A model generated the notes under the pieces. That model was not told the DNA's origin. It saw only the letters and a list, made by a program, of their open reading frames with translations, and searched no databases. Shown in pieces: positions 36,896 through 49,841 of a stretch of 64,000 nucleotides of DNA (the stretch's first letter is position 1; every line of letters begins with the position of its first letter). The stretch comes from Eledone cirrhosa (taxonomy: Eukaryota). The translations under genes were made by a program, and so were the position numbers. Location: assembly GCA_964016885.1 (NCBI GenBank), contig OZ024744.1, forward strand, positions 83,762,001-83,826,000, written 5' to 3'.

Positions 36896-38919
36896 CTATA
36901 GCACCTCTTTGTAGACGATATTGCGTGTCATCCCTTGAGGAGAGTAAGCAAAAAGTCCATTCCTGCTCCCTGTGCGGGAACAGGCAACATAAAGTTGGCC
37001 ATGGGAGAAGCATGGCTCCCCCAAATGGATGCCCGCCACCGACAATGTTTGCCCTTGTGACTTGTTAATGGACATGGCAAAACATGGTCTCACCGGGAAT
37101 TGGGATCGCCGGAAATCGAACGGGATATCTGACGCCGAAGGGAAAAGGTTCATCCTTGGAATGAAAACATTCTCCCCTCTTCCGCACCCCGTTACAATGG
37201 TGGCCTCAATCAAGTGGGTGTCAGTGACTTGACGACCATGCGAGTACCGTTCCACTGCTTTGGTGGACGCAAGTTCCTTATTAGCATAATGGGACAGCCA
37301 ACCCTAAGCTTAATAATGTGAGGTGGGAGCCCTGGGGGCTCAAGGAGATTTAATAACTCAACCGGATAATTAACGATATCGTCGGGGTCTGATTTGAAGA
37401 TGTGCTCTTTACCGGGAATCTTCTCAATCAGCTGCTCGTTAATAAAATTAACCATGGTATTTTTCGGAGCAAGGATGGCTCTTTCGCTGAGCCAATCGAG
37501 GTTTTTAAAGTTAGATGAGACATTAGGAAAAACTGCTTCCCAAAGGTCAGAAGGGCTGCTCAAAATGTTGCACAGGGTGTCGATTGCTATGCCGCCCTTG
37601 TCATCCGCAGGGATCTTGCCCTCACCAAGTGGTAAAATGTTCTGTGCTGCAGACATGTTGTCACCATGCAAATGAGCACGCATATTTGTGCTCAGGTACA
37701 AACTATTCACCTGGAACCACAACATGGACGACTTAAGACAGGCACGCACTTCATCAGCTCTTGTCCCTTTGGGGATGACAGGCAGCGTTTTCCGAAAATC
37801 CCCTGATAGCAGAAGGGTTACGCCACCCATAGGAGCCGTAGAATCCCTAATGTCTTTCCGGGCCTCGTCCAATGCCTCAAGGGCACCCTTGTGTGCCATT
37901 GTGCACTCATCCCAAGCAATGAGGCAACATCTTTTGAGAACCAGAGCTTTGTGTGAACTCTTGCTGATATTGCATGTTGGTGTCTCAGTTTTTACTAAAT
38001 CCAAAGGGAGTTTAAAGGTTGAATGTGCTGTCCTGCCTCCCGGCAGCAAAGTAGCAGCGATCCCGGACGATGCAACGGACAACGCAACTTTTTTCTCCTG
38101 ACGAATCTTAGCGAGAATCAAATTCGTTACAAAAGTTTTTCCGGTACCCCCAGGAGCGTTTTTTATTGGGGGGATCAGGGTTTTTTTTTTTGACCTTGAG
38201 GTATAACCAGTCAGTAGTTCCTTCAAAGGCTCTGGCGGTTCCGTAAGAGGGGGCAAGGTGACCTTACCGTTTAAGCAGCACATTGCAGGTGGCTCCCCAG
38301 CCCACTTTGTAGCATTGCAGAATTGGCAATTGAAGCGCATCTCGCCTATATTTATGTCAGAGCGCATCGAGTAATTAACGTTTTTCTCATACTTGAAAGC
38401 CCGTAGGTCCCAGTAAGGGCTGTTGGGGCTCGTCACACCGCGTGCAGCTTCTTGCCGTCGACTGTTACGCTTGAACGTAGAACATTGGTCGTGTGGTTGG
38501 TGGGAAGGTCTGGTAGCAATAGCAGAAGCAACATTTGCAATGCTAATGGACCGCCCGTCTGCATCTTCAGAAGCCATGGAAGTAGTCATAGCCGCAGCGT
38601 TCGTAGGAAGGCGAGCCGTCCGTTGTTTTAAACGTTCCAAAGACCTGGAAGCAGCATTAGTCGCATCGTTTCTAGCCAGGCGCTTTGACCTTTGTTCACG
38701 GCTCTCTGAAGCCCTGGAAGAAGCCTGGTATGAAGCCATTTTGGCTAGGCGTGCGGTGCGCTGTTGGAAACTTTCAGCGGCTCGACATTCTACTGAATGT
38801 AAGGCTGTCTGTGAAAGTCTTGAAGCATTTTCCTCAGAGGACTCGTTTGCTATAGTAGCCTTTTGCGCCACTGCTGACGCGGTATGTCGACTGAGGCGAC
38901 TTCTCTTTTTAGGTGGCAT
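36896..38919 (-). pseudogene. RepHel remnant: N-terminal zinc finger fused to PIF1-family helicase, Rep domain absent, frameshift near 37230
   Basis: CQFCNATKW..MCCLNGKV, APGGTGKTF, ASSGIAATLLPGGRTAHS, WDECTM, GDFRKTLPV, QFPVRPCFAMSINKSQGQT, HGQLYVACSR. Confidence 0.85.
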
Positions 38920-39495
38920 TTTATGTCCAAAAGAAAGGGTGAAAGTTACTTCTACAGAAAAATTGACTTTGAAAGTCTACTCTCTCTTTATGAATATTGT
39001 TATTGTTGTTGTGATACAAATGTTAGTAAGTAAATGGGTATCGAAAAATATAGGGTGAAAGTTACTTCAACATAAAAATTGACTTTGAAAGTATAAGGCT
39101 GATAATTGAATGTAAAAATATTGATAAGAAAGGTCCCCCCAAAAAATGTACAGGTATTTGTATGTATGTGTGTATTTTTATGTCGAAAAGAAAGGGTTAA
39201 AGTTACTTCTACAGAAAAATTTAGTTTGAAAGTGTAAGGCCAATGTGTGTGTAAATTAAGTGACAGGTATTTGTATGTATGTGTGTATTTTTATGTCGAA
39301 AAGAAAGGGTTAAAGTTACTTCTACAGAAAAATTTAGTTTGAAAGTGTAAGGCCAATGTGTGTGTAAATTAAGTGACAGGTATTTGTATGTATGTGTGTA
39401 TATGTATGTATGTGTGTATGAAAGTGTAAGGCCGATGTGTGTGTAAATTAAGTGACAGGTATTTGTATGTATGTGTGTATATGTATGTATGTGTG

Positions 39496-39527
<32 letters not shown>

Positions 39528-39760
39528 TGTATGTATGTATGTATGTATGTATGTATGTATGTATTAAAGGTTGAAAGTTACTTCAACATAAAAATTGACT
39601 TTGAAAGTATAAGGCTGATAATTGAATGTAAAAAGATTGATAAGAAAGGCCCCCAAAAAAACTTTACAGGTCTCTGTATGTATGTGTGTATTTTTATGTC
39701 GAAAATAAAGGGTTAAAGTTACTTATACAGAAAAATATAGTTTTAAAGTGTAAGGCCGAT
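38920..39760. repeat. Internal imperfect tandem repeats (about 115-120 bp) in the Helitron 5' region
   Basis: Recurrent aaagggt(t/g)aaagttacttc..aaaaatt..tttgaaagt. Confidence 0.75.
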
Positions 39761-40669
39761 TGAAAAACATACAGTTTAGTAAATGAAAGTCAGCTTCGAA
39801 ATGGAGTTTGAACGCGCTAATACAAACACACACACATCCGTCTTTTAGTGTGTCTGTTTGTTTCTCTCTCTTCCTCTTTATCATTATATCCCTCTTTATC
39901 ATTATATGCTATTGTTATTTCTAAAACAAACTGTGTATGCGTTGATTGATTGAAATTCCCGCGTTCCTGTTTCTATGACGTCAATCGTAACCATACCAAC
40001 ATATATGTGTGTCTATGCACCCACATATATGTGTGAATATGTTTTTTTTCAATGTTTCTCTTTTTCATAAACAATTATAAGAGAAGGTAGCAATTTTAAG
40101 GGGGGGGGGGGTGATGAAGGGAGTAGATATAGGAAACGTACATCATATGAGAGAGGAGAAATCATCGATTGTTGAAATAAATCGATTTTTCCGTAATTGT
40201 GGCATTTTTTAACCAATAAGTTCGCCCATGACCCAAGTTAGAATATTTGTAAACATTCTGCTTAATTATTCATTCAATATTTTTGGAATTGTGTAAATGT
40301 ATAAAATTGAAACATACATACAGACACAAAAATCTGCCTTTTATAGATAATGATATATATACATACATATGATAGTATAGTTACAAAAAACAATATTAGT
40401 TGATTCCTATTTTATTAAAATGTTGAAGGATTTCAGAAGTAAAATGTAAAATGTAAAACGCAAGCAGAAAAATACGAAATGTTTATATCTAATGTTTTTA
40501 CACTGCTACGATTCTTATTGTTTTATTTTTAGTTCTTGTCTACACTCATCTACAAGAAAAAATAATTTTTGGCATTTGTTTTAATTAATTCTATAATAGG
40601 AATTAGCACAACCTACAAGCAGTGACTGTCCAATTACTGTATGATGTAATATATATATATATATATATA

Positions 40670-40896
40670 GTAATCATAATAAATTTGAAGACTAAAATCC
40701 AAAGAGGGCTCGATAAGCATAAATATATATCAAATATATAAGAACCGTTAGGCAAATATTTATTAAAATAACAGATTAAAGTTTAAGCAAAGAATCGCTG
40801 CTTTCACCCTTAACGGGATCTTCTGAAACTAACTAGTTTCAGAAAATCCAGTTAAGGCTAAAAGCAGCGATTCTTTGCTTAAACTTTAATCTGTTA

Positions 40897-40902
<6 letters not shown>
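40670..40902. repeat. Short dispersed element with internal inverted repeat; other copies at about 7965-8070, 13020-13155 and 45905-46070
   Basis: aaaataacagattaaagtttaagcaaagaatcgctgcttt and its reverse complement. Confidence 0.75.
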
Positions 40903-40952
<50 letters not shown>

Positions 40953-40955
<3 letters not shown>

Positions 40956-43900
40956 GTAATATATATGAGTAATATATATGTTGAAACAGATACCAACATA
41001 TCTGTATTTATATTGCAAAAGAAAGTTAGCCAGACTGAAGAATATTAATTATTATACCACAGTTCGTCCACATCGATTTAAAATAATAATAATAATAAAT
41101 CGACAAAAACTAGTTGTGCTGCCAAATGGCAATGATGTTTATACATATTTAAATTTCAAAGTCAAACCTGTTCAGTAGATAAGTTTAAACCTCAAAATCC
41201 AAACATGTTTCGAGATGGATATAAGTGTAGGAATATCATGCCACTGCTCTCCTCAGTAAACATCCAGAGACAATTGATAAGCTTCACTTCTAAATAATTT
41301 AAAAGACTGTGTGACGCACATGGGTTCACAGATTCAGGCTAGTCTCATAACCGTACTGCTAGAAATAACAGTCGTATATATGAGGCGAAATTTAGCTCGA
41401 CGAAGAGCCGTTATATTAAGTGTAAGGAATTCTTTTACAATGGAATTAGCTCGAAAGGAAATATTCCTGAGCCGTGTATAAAAGTAATATATATGAGTAA
41501 TATATATGTTGAAACAGATACCAACATATCTGTATTTATATTGCAAAAGAAAGTTAGCCAGACTGAAGAATATTAATTATTATACCACAGTTCGTCCACA
41601 TCGATTTAAAATAATAATAATAATAAATCGACAAAAACTAGTTGTGCTGCCAAATGGCAATGATGTTTATACATATTTAAATTTCAAAGTCAAACCTGTT
41701 CAGTAGATAAGTTTAAACCTCAAAATCCAAACATGTTTCGAGATGGATATAAGTGTAGGAATATCATGCCACTGCTCTCCTCAGTAAACATCCAGAGACA
41801 ATTGATAAGCTTCACTTCTAAATAATTTAAAAGACTGTGTGACGCACATGGGTTCACAGATTCAGGCTAGTCTCATAACCGTACTGCTAGAAATAACAGT
41901 CGTATATATGAGGCGAAATTTAGCTCGACGAAGAGCCGTTATATTAAGTGTAAGGAATTCTTTTACAATGGAATTAGCTCGAAAGGAAATATTCCTGAGC
42001 CGTGTATAAAAGTAATATATATGAGTAATATATATGTTGAAACAGATACCAACATATCTGTATTTATATTGCAAAAGAAAGTTAGCCAGACTGAAGAATA
42101 TTAATTATTATACCACAGTTCGTCCACATCGATTTAAAATAATAATAATAATAAATCGACAAAAACTAGTTGTGCTGCCAAATGGCAATGATGTTTATAC
42201 ATATTTAAATTTCAAAGTCAAACCTGTTCAGTAGATAAGTTTAAACCTCAAAATCCAAACATGTTACGAGATGGATATAAGTGTAGGAATATCATGCCAC
42301 TGCTCTCCTCAGTAAACATCCAGAGACAATTGATAAGCTTCACTTCTAAATAATTTAAAAGACTGTGTGACGCACATGGGTTCACAGATTCAGGCTAGTC
42401 TCATAACCGTACTGCTAGAAATAACAGTCGTATATATGAGGCGAAATTTAGCTCGACGAAGAGCCGTTATATTAAGTGTAAGGAATTCTTTTACAATGGA
42501 ATTAGCTCGAAAGGGAATATTCCTGAGCCGTGTATAAAAGTAATATATATGAGTAATATATATGTTGAAACAGATACCAACATATCTGTATTTATATTGC
42601 AAAAGAAAGTTAGCCAGACTGAAGAATATTAATTATTATACCACAGTTCGTCCACATCGATTTAAAATAATAATAATAATAAATCGACAAAAACTAGTTG
42701 TGCTGCCAAATGGCAATGATGTTTATACATATTTAAATTTCAAAGTCAAACCTGTTCAGTAGATAAGTTTAAACCTCAAAATCCAAACATGTTTCGAGAT
42801 GGATATAAGTGTAGGAATATCATGCCACTGCACTCCTCAGTAAACATCCAGAGACAATTGATAAGCTTCACTTCTAAATAATTTAAAAGACTGTGTGACG
42901 CACATGGGTTCACAGATTCAGGCTAGTCTCATAACCGTACTGCTAGAAATAACAGTCGTATATATGAGGCGAAATTTAGCTCGACGAAGAGCCGTTATAT
43001 TAAGTGTAAGGAATTCTTTTACAATGGAATTAGCTCGAAAGGAAATATTCCTGAGCCGTGTATAAAAGTAATATATATGAGTAATATATATGTTGAAACA
43101 GATACCAACATATCTGTATTTATATTGCAAAAGAAAGTTAGCCAGACTGAAGAATATTAATTATTATACCACAGTTCGTCCACATCGATTTAAAATAATA
43201 ATAATAATAAATCGACAAAAACTAGTTGTGCTGCCAAATGGCAATGATGTTTATACATATTTAAATTTCAAAGTCAAACCTGTTCAGTAGATAAGTTTAA
43301 ACCTCAAAATCCAAACATGTTTCGAGATGGATATAAGTGTAGGAATATCATGCCACTGCTCTCCTCAGTAAACATCCAGAGACAATTGATAAGCTTCACT
43401 TCTAAATAATTTAAAAGACTGTGTGACGCACATGGGTTCACAGATTCAGGCTAGTCTCATAACCGTACTGCTAGAAATAACAGTCGTATATATGAGGCGA
43501 AATTTAGCTCGACGAAGAGCCGTTATATTAAGTGTAAGGAATTCTTTTACAATGGAATTAGCTCGAAAGGAAATATTCCTGAGCCGTGTATAAAAGTAAT
43601 ATATATGAGTAATATATATGTTGAAACAGATACCAACATATCTGTATTTATATTGCAAAAGAAAGTTAGCCAGACTGAAGAATATTAATTATTATACCAC
43701 AGTTCGTCCACATCGATTTAAAATAATAATAATAATAAATCGACAAAAACTAGTTGTGCTGCCAAATGGCAATGATGTTTATACATATTTAAATTTCAAA
43801 GTCAAACCTGTTCAGTAGATAAGTTTAAACCTCAAAATCCAAACATGTTTCGAGATGGATATAAGTGTAGGAATATCATGCCACTGCTCTCCTCAGTAAA

Positions 43901-45577
43901 CATCCAGAGACAATTGATAAGCTTCACTTCTAAATAATTTAAAAGACTGTGTGACGCACATGGGTTCACAGATTCAGGCTAGTCTCATAACCGTACTGCT
44001 AGAAATAACAGTCGTATATATGAGGCGAAATTTAGCTCGACGAAGAGCCGTTATATTAAGTGTAAGGAATTCTTTTACAATGGAATTAGCTCGAAAGGAA
44101 ATATTCCTGAGCCGTGTATAAAAGTAATATATATGAGTAATATATATGTTGAAACAGATACCAACATATCTGTATTTATATTGCAAAAGAAAGTTAGCCA
44201 GACTGAAGAATATTAATTATTATACCACAGTTCGTCCACATCGATTTAAAATAATAATAATAATAAATCGACAAAAACTAGTTGTGCTGCCAAATGGCAA
44301 TGATGTTTATACATATTTAAATTTCAAAGTCAAACCTGTTCAGTAGATAAGTTTAAACCTCAAAGTCCAAACATGTTTCGAGATGGATATAAGTGTAGGA
44401 ATATCATGCCACTGCTCTCCTCAGTAAACATCCAGAGACAATTGATAAGCTTCACTTCTAAATAATTTAAAAGACTGTGTGACGCACATGGGTTCACAGA
44501 TTCAGGCTAGTCTCATAACCGTACTGCTAGAAATAACAGTCGTATATATGAGGCGAAATTTAGCTCGACGAAGAGCCGTTATATTAAGTGTAAGGAATTC
44601 TTTTACAATCTGTGAACCCATGTGCGTCACACAGTCTTTTAAATTATTTAGAAGTGAAGCTTATCAATTGTCTCTGGATGTTTACTGAGGAGAGCAGTGG
44701 CATGATATTCCTACACTTATATCCATCTCGAAACATGTTTGGATTTTGAGGTTTAAACTTATCTACTGAACAGGTTTGACTTTGAAATTTAAATATGTAT
44801 AAACATCATTGCCATTTGGCAGCACAACTAGTTTTTGTCGATTTATTATTATTATTATTTTAAATCGATGTGGACGAACTGTGGTATAATAATTAATATT
44901 CTTCAGTCTGGCTAACTTTCTTTTGCAATATAAATACAGATATGTTGGTATCTGTTTCAACATATATATTACTCATATATATTACTTTTATACACGGCTC
45001 AGGAATATTTCCTTTCGAGCTAATTCCATTGTAAAAGAATTCCTTACACTTAATATAACGGCTCTTCGTCGAGCTAAATTTCGCCTCATATATACGACTG
45101 TTATTTCTAGCAGTACGGTTATGAGACTAGCCTGAATCTGTGAACCCATGTGCGTCACACAGTCTTTTAAATTATTTAGAAGTGAAGCTTATCAATTGTC
45201 TCTGGATGTTTACTGAGGAGAGCAGTGGCATGATATTCCTACACTTATATCCATCTCGAAACATGTTTGGATTTTGAGGTTTAAACTTATCTACTGAACA
45301 GGTTTGACTTTGAAATTTAAATATGTATAAACATCATTGCCATTTGGCAGCACAACTAGTTTTTGTCGATTTATTATTATTATTATTTTAAATCGATGTG
45401 GACGAACTGTGGTATAATAATTAATATTCTTCAGTCTGGCTAACTTTCTTTTGCAATATAAATACAGATATGTTGGTATCTGTTTCAACATATATATTAC
45501 TCATATATATTACTTTTATACACGGCTCAGGAATATTTCCTTTCGAGCTAATTCCATTGTAAAAGAATTCCTTACAC

Positions 45578-45585
<8 letters not shown>
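40953..45585. repeat. 528-bp tandem array: about 6.9 direct units (40953-44609) plus about 1.85 inverted units (44607-45585), bounded by (TA)n; candidate retrozyme
   Basis: Identical ORFs recur at 528-bp spacing, with only a few substitutions between units. One hammerhead motif per unit. Confidence 0.95.
41192..41266 (-). ncRNA. Minimal type I hammerhead in the 528-bp unit (7 copies on -, 2 on + at about 44675 and 45203)
   Basis: gttta CTGAGGA GAG..CTC GAAA CATG TT tggat: intact core and palindromic ACAUGU stem III. Stem I is weak and wobble-rich. Confidence 0.65.
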
Positions 45586-45615
<30 letters not shown>

Positions 45616-45680
45616 TATATAAAGAAAAAGGGATGAATTCACAGATGTGAGAAAAACCACAGACCCTCCATCTCAACTCA

Positions 45681-45718
45681 CCTTTTGAAAAGCAGAAGAA
45701 CTGCGAAACCGGTAAAGG
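45681..45718 (+). ncRNA. Minimal type I hammerhead, U3-A8 variant
   Basis: CCTT TTGAAAA GCAG aagaa CTGC GAAA CCGG TA AAGG. Confidence 0.75.
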
Positions 45719-45848
45719 AACCAAATAAATATATATATTTTTACAAAAATAAGACTTCAGTTGCATTTTCGATTTCATCCCTTTTTCTTTATACTTCCAC
45801 TCGTGTAGGACACCTCGGTTATTTTTCATTGTGTAAAAAAAACCTCAC

Positions 45849-45896
<48 letters not shown>

Positions 45897-46066
45897 ATAT
45901 ATATTTATTAAAATAACATATCAAAGTTAAGGGTGAAAGCAGCGATACTTGCTTAAACTTTAATCTGTTATTTTAATAAATATTTGCTCTAGGGATCTTA
46001 TATGATTCATATATATTTATCCTTATCGAGCCCCCTTTGGATTTTAGTCTTCACATTTATTATTAT

Positions 46067-46117
<51 letters not shown>

Positions 46118-46204
46118 AGATTTATAAAGTTAATGTTCATTAATATGTTTACAAAGTATATAAAAACATTTCCTTTTGTTTTATATTTTACATTAAAATG
46201 TGTC

Positions 46205-46485
46205 CTTTTACTCTTTTACTCTTTTACATGTTCCAGCCATCCAGCTGAGGCCATGCTGGGGCTGGCCATTGGTGTAAGTGGGAGTTCGTTGCTGCTGTCC
46301 TTAGGTTACCTTCGTACCGTACTGTGAGCTCATCCAGGATCTTGGATAGCAGAGTGCCGAGATGTTTCTTGAAAACATCCAATTCCACACCATGCAGATC
46401 TTTTAAATTCCTTGGCATCTTGTTGAAGAGTTGAAGGCCTTTGAACCCCAGGCTCTTGCAATATCTGCTTCTTATTCTAGAAGTT
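46205..46485 (-). mobile_element. CR1/L2-group LINE 3' fragment
   Basis: GFKGLQLFNKMPRNLKDLHGVELDVFKKHLGTLLSKILDE..AATNS, with a short gtaaaa-type tail. Confidence 0.6.
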
Positions 46486-47315
46486 ATATTGAAACGATAA
46501 TAAATTTTACGACTAGAACGATTATGTGTTATTTTCTATTGTAGAATGATTTTCTTTTCTTTCTTATATAAAAGCATATGTTCTTCTTACAGTGTATATA
46601 TACAAACTATTGTATGCATCGACATATTAACAAAACAAATTTCACAAAACAAATTTCACGATTCCGTTTCGGTTTCTTTTCTTTTACTTGGCTTTTCTTT
46701 ACCACCAGCGCCACCAAGTGTAATGAAGAGGAAATGGAAATTCGTGCTGCTGGAGACAACAGTGAAAGAGATAACAGATATAGAACCTATATATATAAAA
46801 AAAAACACTCTCTTGTTAATGCAAGCAAAACTGTGCGAATGAACTCACCTCTTCTTACCTCCTCCAAACTGCAGTTTACAGGCTTTTGCAAACCAAATAA
46901 TTTAACTCAAAAGTTACTTTTAGATGAGGGTTATTTTCTCTTCAGATACTTTGTGTTGGTGTTAGAATAGTTTCCTTTTGTGAGGAGAATAGGGTGGAGC
47001 TGAAGAATATTTATATAGCATAATAACCTATTCTTCTTGCCTCTGCTTATGTCTTTAGGGTATCATTACCATCATCATTATAATAATCATCATCATTATC
47101 ACCATTATCATCATTATCATCATCATCATTATCATTATCATCATACTGATATAACTGATGGAAGAAGTAGGATGTAATAGTGTGTTAATCAAGAATAAGA
47201 AGAAGACGATCGACTTTCGTCAAATCGGACCGAGGGAACAATGTTTCCGTTGGTCTTTCCAATTGCTAATACTATCTATCGGTCGCAACTCCAGGTAGAA
47301 GGAGCAACGTGAAAT

Positions 47316-47631
47316 AAAGAAAATATATAAATCTAGAGTAAATATATTCTGCTGTACAGATTATAAATTTTCTTTTATTTAGAGCAACATGGGAGTAAAG
47401 TTTGTTTGCCATGTGAGCTGCGCAATATCTGTCATTGAATACAAAACAATGATGTCTGTCTTGTCCTTGAGCAAGATCAAAAATAAGACAGACATCATTG
47501 TTTTGTATTCAATGACAGATATTGCGCAGCTCACATGGCAAACAAACTTTACTCCCATGTTGCTCTAAATAAAAGAAAATTTATAATCTGTACAGCAGAA
47601 TATATTTACTCTAGATTTATATATTTTCTTT
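47316..47631. repeat. Perfect inverted repeat, 147-bp arms, 22-bp spacer
   Basis: 47316-47462 is the reverse complement of 47485-47631. Confidence 0.9.
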
Positions 47632-49365
47632 CCTTCTGTCAGAACTGCTATATAGAAGGTAACAGGCCCAAGCCAAAAGAAGTGAAACCACTCGTATAAA
47701 GTCTTCTTTGAAAATATTCAAGATATTTTTGTTGTTTTGTGGCAGGTATTTTTTTTTTTTTTTTTTTTTTCATTTTGGCGTTTTGTTTTTCATGAATTTA
47801 CTCGAGGTCATTCCTGACTCGATAATAATGATTAACGTGTGTCTTTAAAATATCTAAATCATTAGATTTCTTGGCATAATAAAATGGCAGCTTTGAACAA
47901 GTAAAAAAAACGAGAATAAAATATTCAATACATGCATCTGTTTTAAATATATACTCAAGAATCAGGTACAAGCTGGATATATATGTTGCTTATAACATTT
48001 AATAATATAAAGAAAATATATGAAGGCATATTGAAATAATTACTTCACAATGTACATAATATATAACCCTCTTTTAACAAATAGACATTAAAAATATTAA
48101 ATAATGAATCTAAGAAAACATTTATTTTTTATATATATTATAAAGAAATACAATATTTATTTCGATTGTTCTTTGTTTAGTTCTCACTGGCAGAAGATGG
48201 TTTTCTGCTAGTATGTGTAGTATGCATATTGATATTATACATATTATATATATGCATGTAGATATGACACGTCAAATAAAATCGTAATTGACAATATCCG
48301 CAGAAATTGAACGAAGTCTGCGTTACACTGTCTTATGTAATCAGTAACGTAATCCATGATACATTAAAAATAGACGATATCATATATAAAGTGCATTAGG
48401 AAACAAATTAGTGACGTAAATATATGAATGTTTATTTAAACGATCGCTAACCGGAAATGTTGAAAATTTTAAAGAAGTGAATTTGAAAATTTTAAAGAAG
48501 TGAATCTTTAAATAAGCAATAACAGATATTTAATCATGAATAACGAAATTTAGTAGATAAATTATGTTATATTCATTCATTAATGAATCAAAGTAATCCA
48601 ACCTATTTTACAAATGGGATCAAAAATATATTCTGGACGCAGTCCCGCACACCTTTCTTTACTATAGTTAAGACTGAAAACATTTTCGTTCTTTGACATT
48701 CAGATATTCTATTTCAAATTGCCTTCTACAGTTCGCCACAATATTCCGCCAGCAATCAAATTAAGTTGTACATATTTCTTGAAACATTACGTATTATAGA
48801 AATGTTTCTTCGGAATTGAATGCCTTGTATTAGAAAAGCAACTTTCTTTCGATAAATGTCTCCTTTTGAATGTTTCTTGTCAAGTACATTACGAAATATA
48901 ATGCCTACTAGAAAATTTCAGACACCATGGAAATACGTATAACAGCAGATTTTCTAATACATACATACGTATGTTGGTAATTAGCTCTTGTAGGCCAAAT
49001 CTTATTTTTGAGAGCAACGCAACGCCATAGGCAAAGTCTATGGCACAAAACCTAATGGGAACAAAAGGGTTGAGCAAATGCAGCCCTAATTTCAACAGTG
49101 ATGATGTTAAGGTTGTCAGAGTGACCAGAATCTTTTTGATGCAGCAGATGGAGTATTCATAAAAACTCTAGGAGTTGACATGTTGAGGTACTGTCGTGGC
49201 GATCTTCCATTGAGATTTTTTATGAAGGCTGTTAAAGCTCCACGAATGTGACATAGATGTTTTTCGAATAGTAATAATAACATTCGATTCGTTTGCAATT
49301 ATGCAAACACGCCTCATTTTTAAAGCCAGTAGAATGAACCCTTCATTTTTGCTCTTATTTTGGCA

Positions 49366-49415
<50 letters not shown>

Positions 49416-49454
49416 TTATATATACACACATATATAAATAAATATATATATATA

Positions 49455-49518
<64 letters not shown>

Positions 49519-49522
<4 letters not shown>

Positions 49523-49712
49523 AACGAGTAGGACCCCGACGGCTGAGCTCAAGCCGTTTCGAAGGCTAATTCTGGACTAGAATTAGCCGTCGAAACGGCT
49601 TGAGCTCAGCCGTCGGGCTCCTACTCGTTCCTATTACCCACTCTACTACCCTAAGTATTGAGTACTTTGGTGCGTTATGGTCCACTTGGTTCCTTACCAC
49701 ATTTCCTTCGTT
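49519..49712. repeat. Short GC-rich fold-back element in (TA)n; relatives at 56933-57065 and 61786-61980
   Basis: About 110-bp palindrome ccgacggctgagctcaagccgtttcg..cgaaacggcttgagctcagccgtcgg plus a shared tail actctactaccctaagtattgagtact..ggttccttacca. Confidence 0.8.
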
Positions 49713-49749
49713 ATATATATATATATATATATTTATTTATATATGTGTG

Positions 49750-49836
<87 letters not shown>

Positions 49837-49841
<5 letters not shown>

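Larger units (their letters stand above)
36582..40353 (-). mobile_element. Helitron with both termini, internally deleted
   Basis: Minus strand reads A|TCATTATCTATAAAAGG ... cccgagcaacgccggg ctaaagtg CTAG|T. PIF1 helicase ORF inside. Confidence 0.85.

Noticed and set aside
40953-44609. CRISPR-like array or tandem 5S/snRNA/tRNA cluster
   Set aside because: No variable spacers, eukaryotic context, and no recognisable 5S, snRNA or tRNA sequence in the unit
40978-45491. Repeated 66-aa and 70-aa ORFs in the 528-bp unit (and 60-aa ORFs in the 466-bp unit)
   Set aside because: Short, AT-biased, no recognisable motif. Recurrence just reflects the repeat.
46690-46800. Possible small exon with polypyrimidine tract
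   Set aside because: Splice-like signals on both strands, no identifiable product. Needs RNA-seq.
48980-49260. Coding-looking, less AT-rich stretch
   Set aside because: Only about 45 open codons and no family recognised
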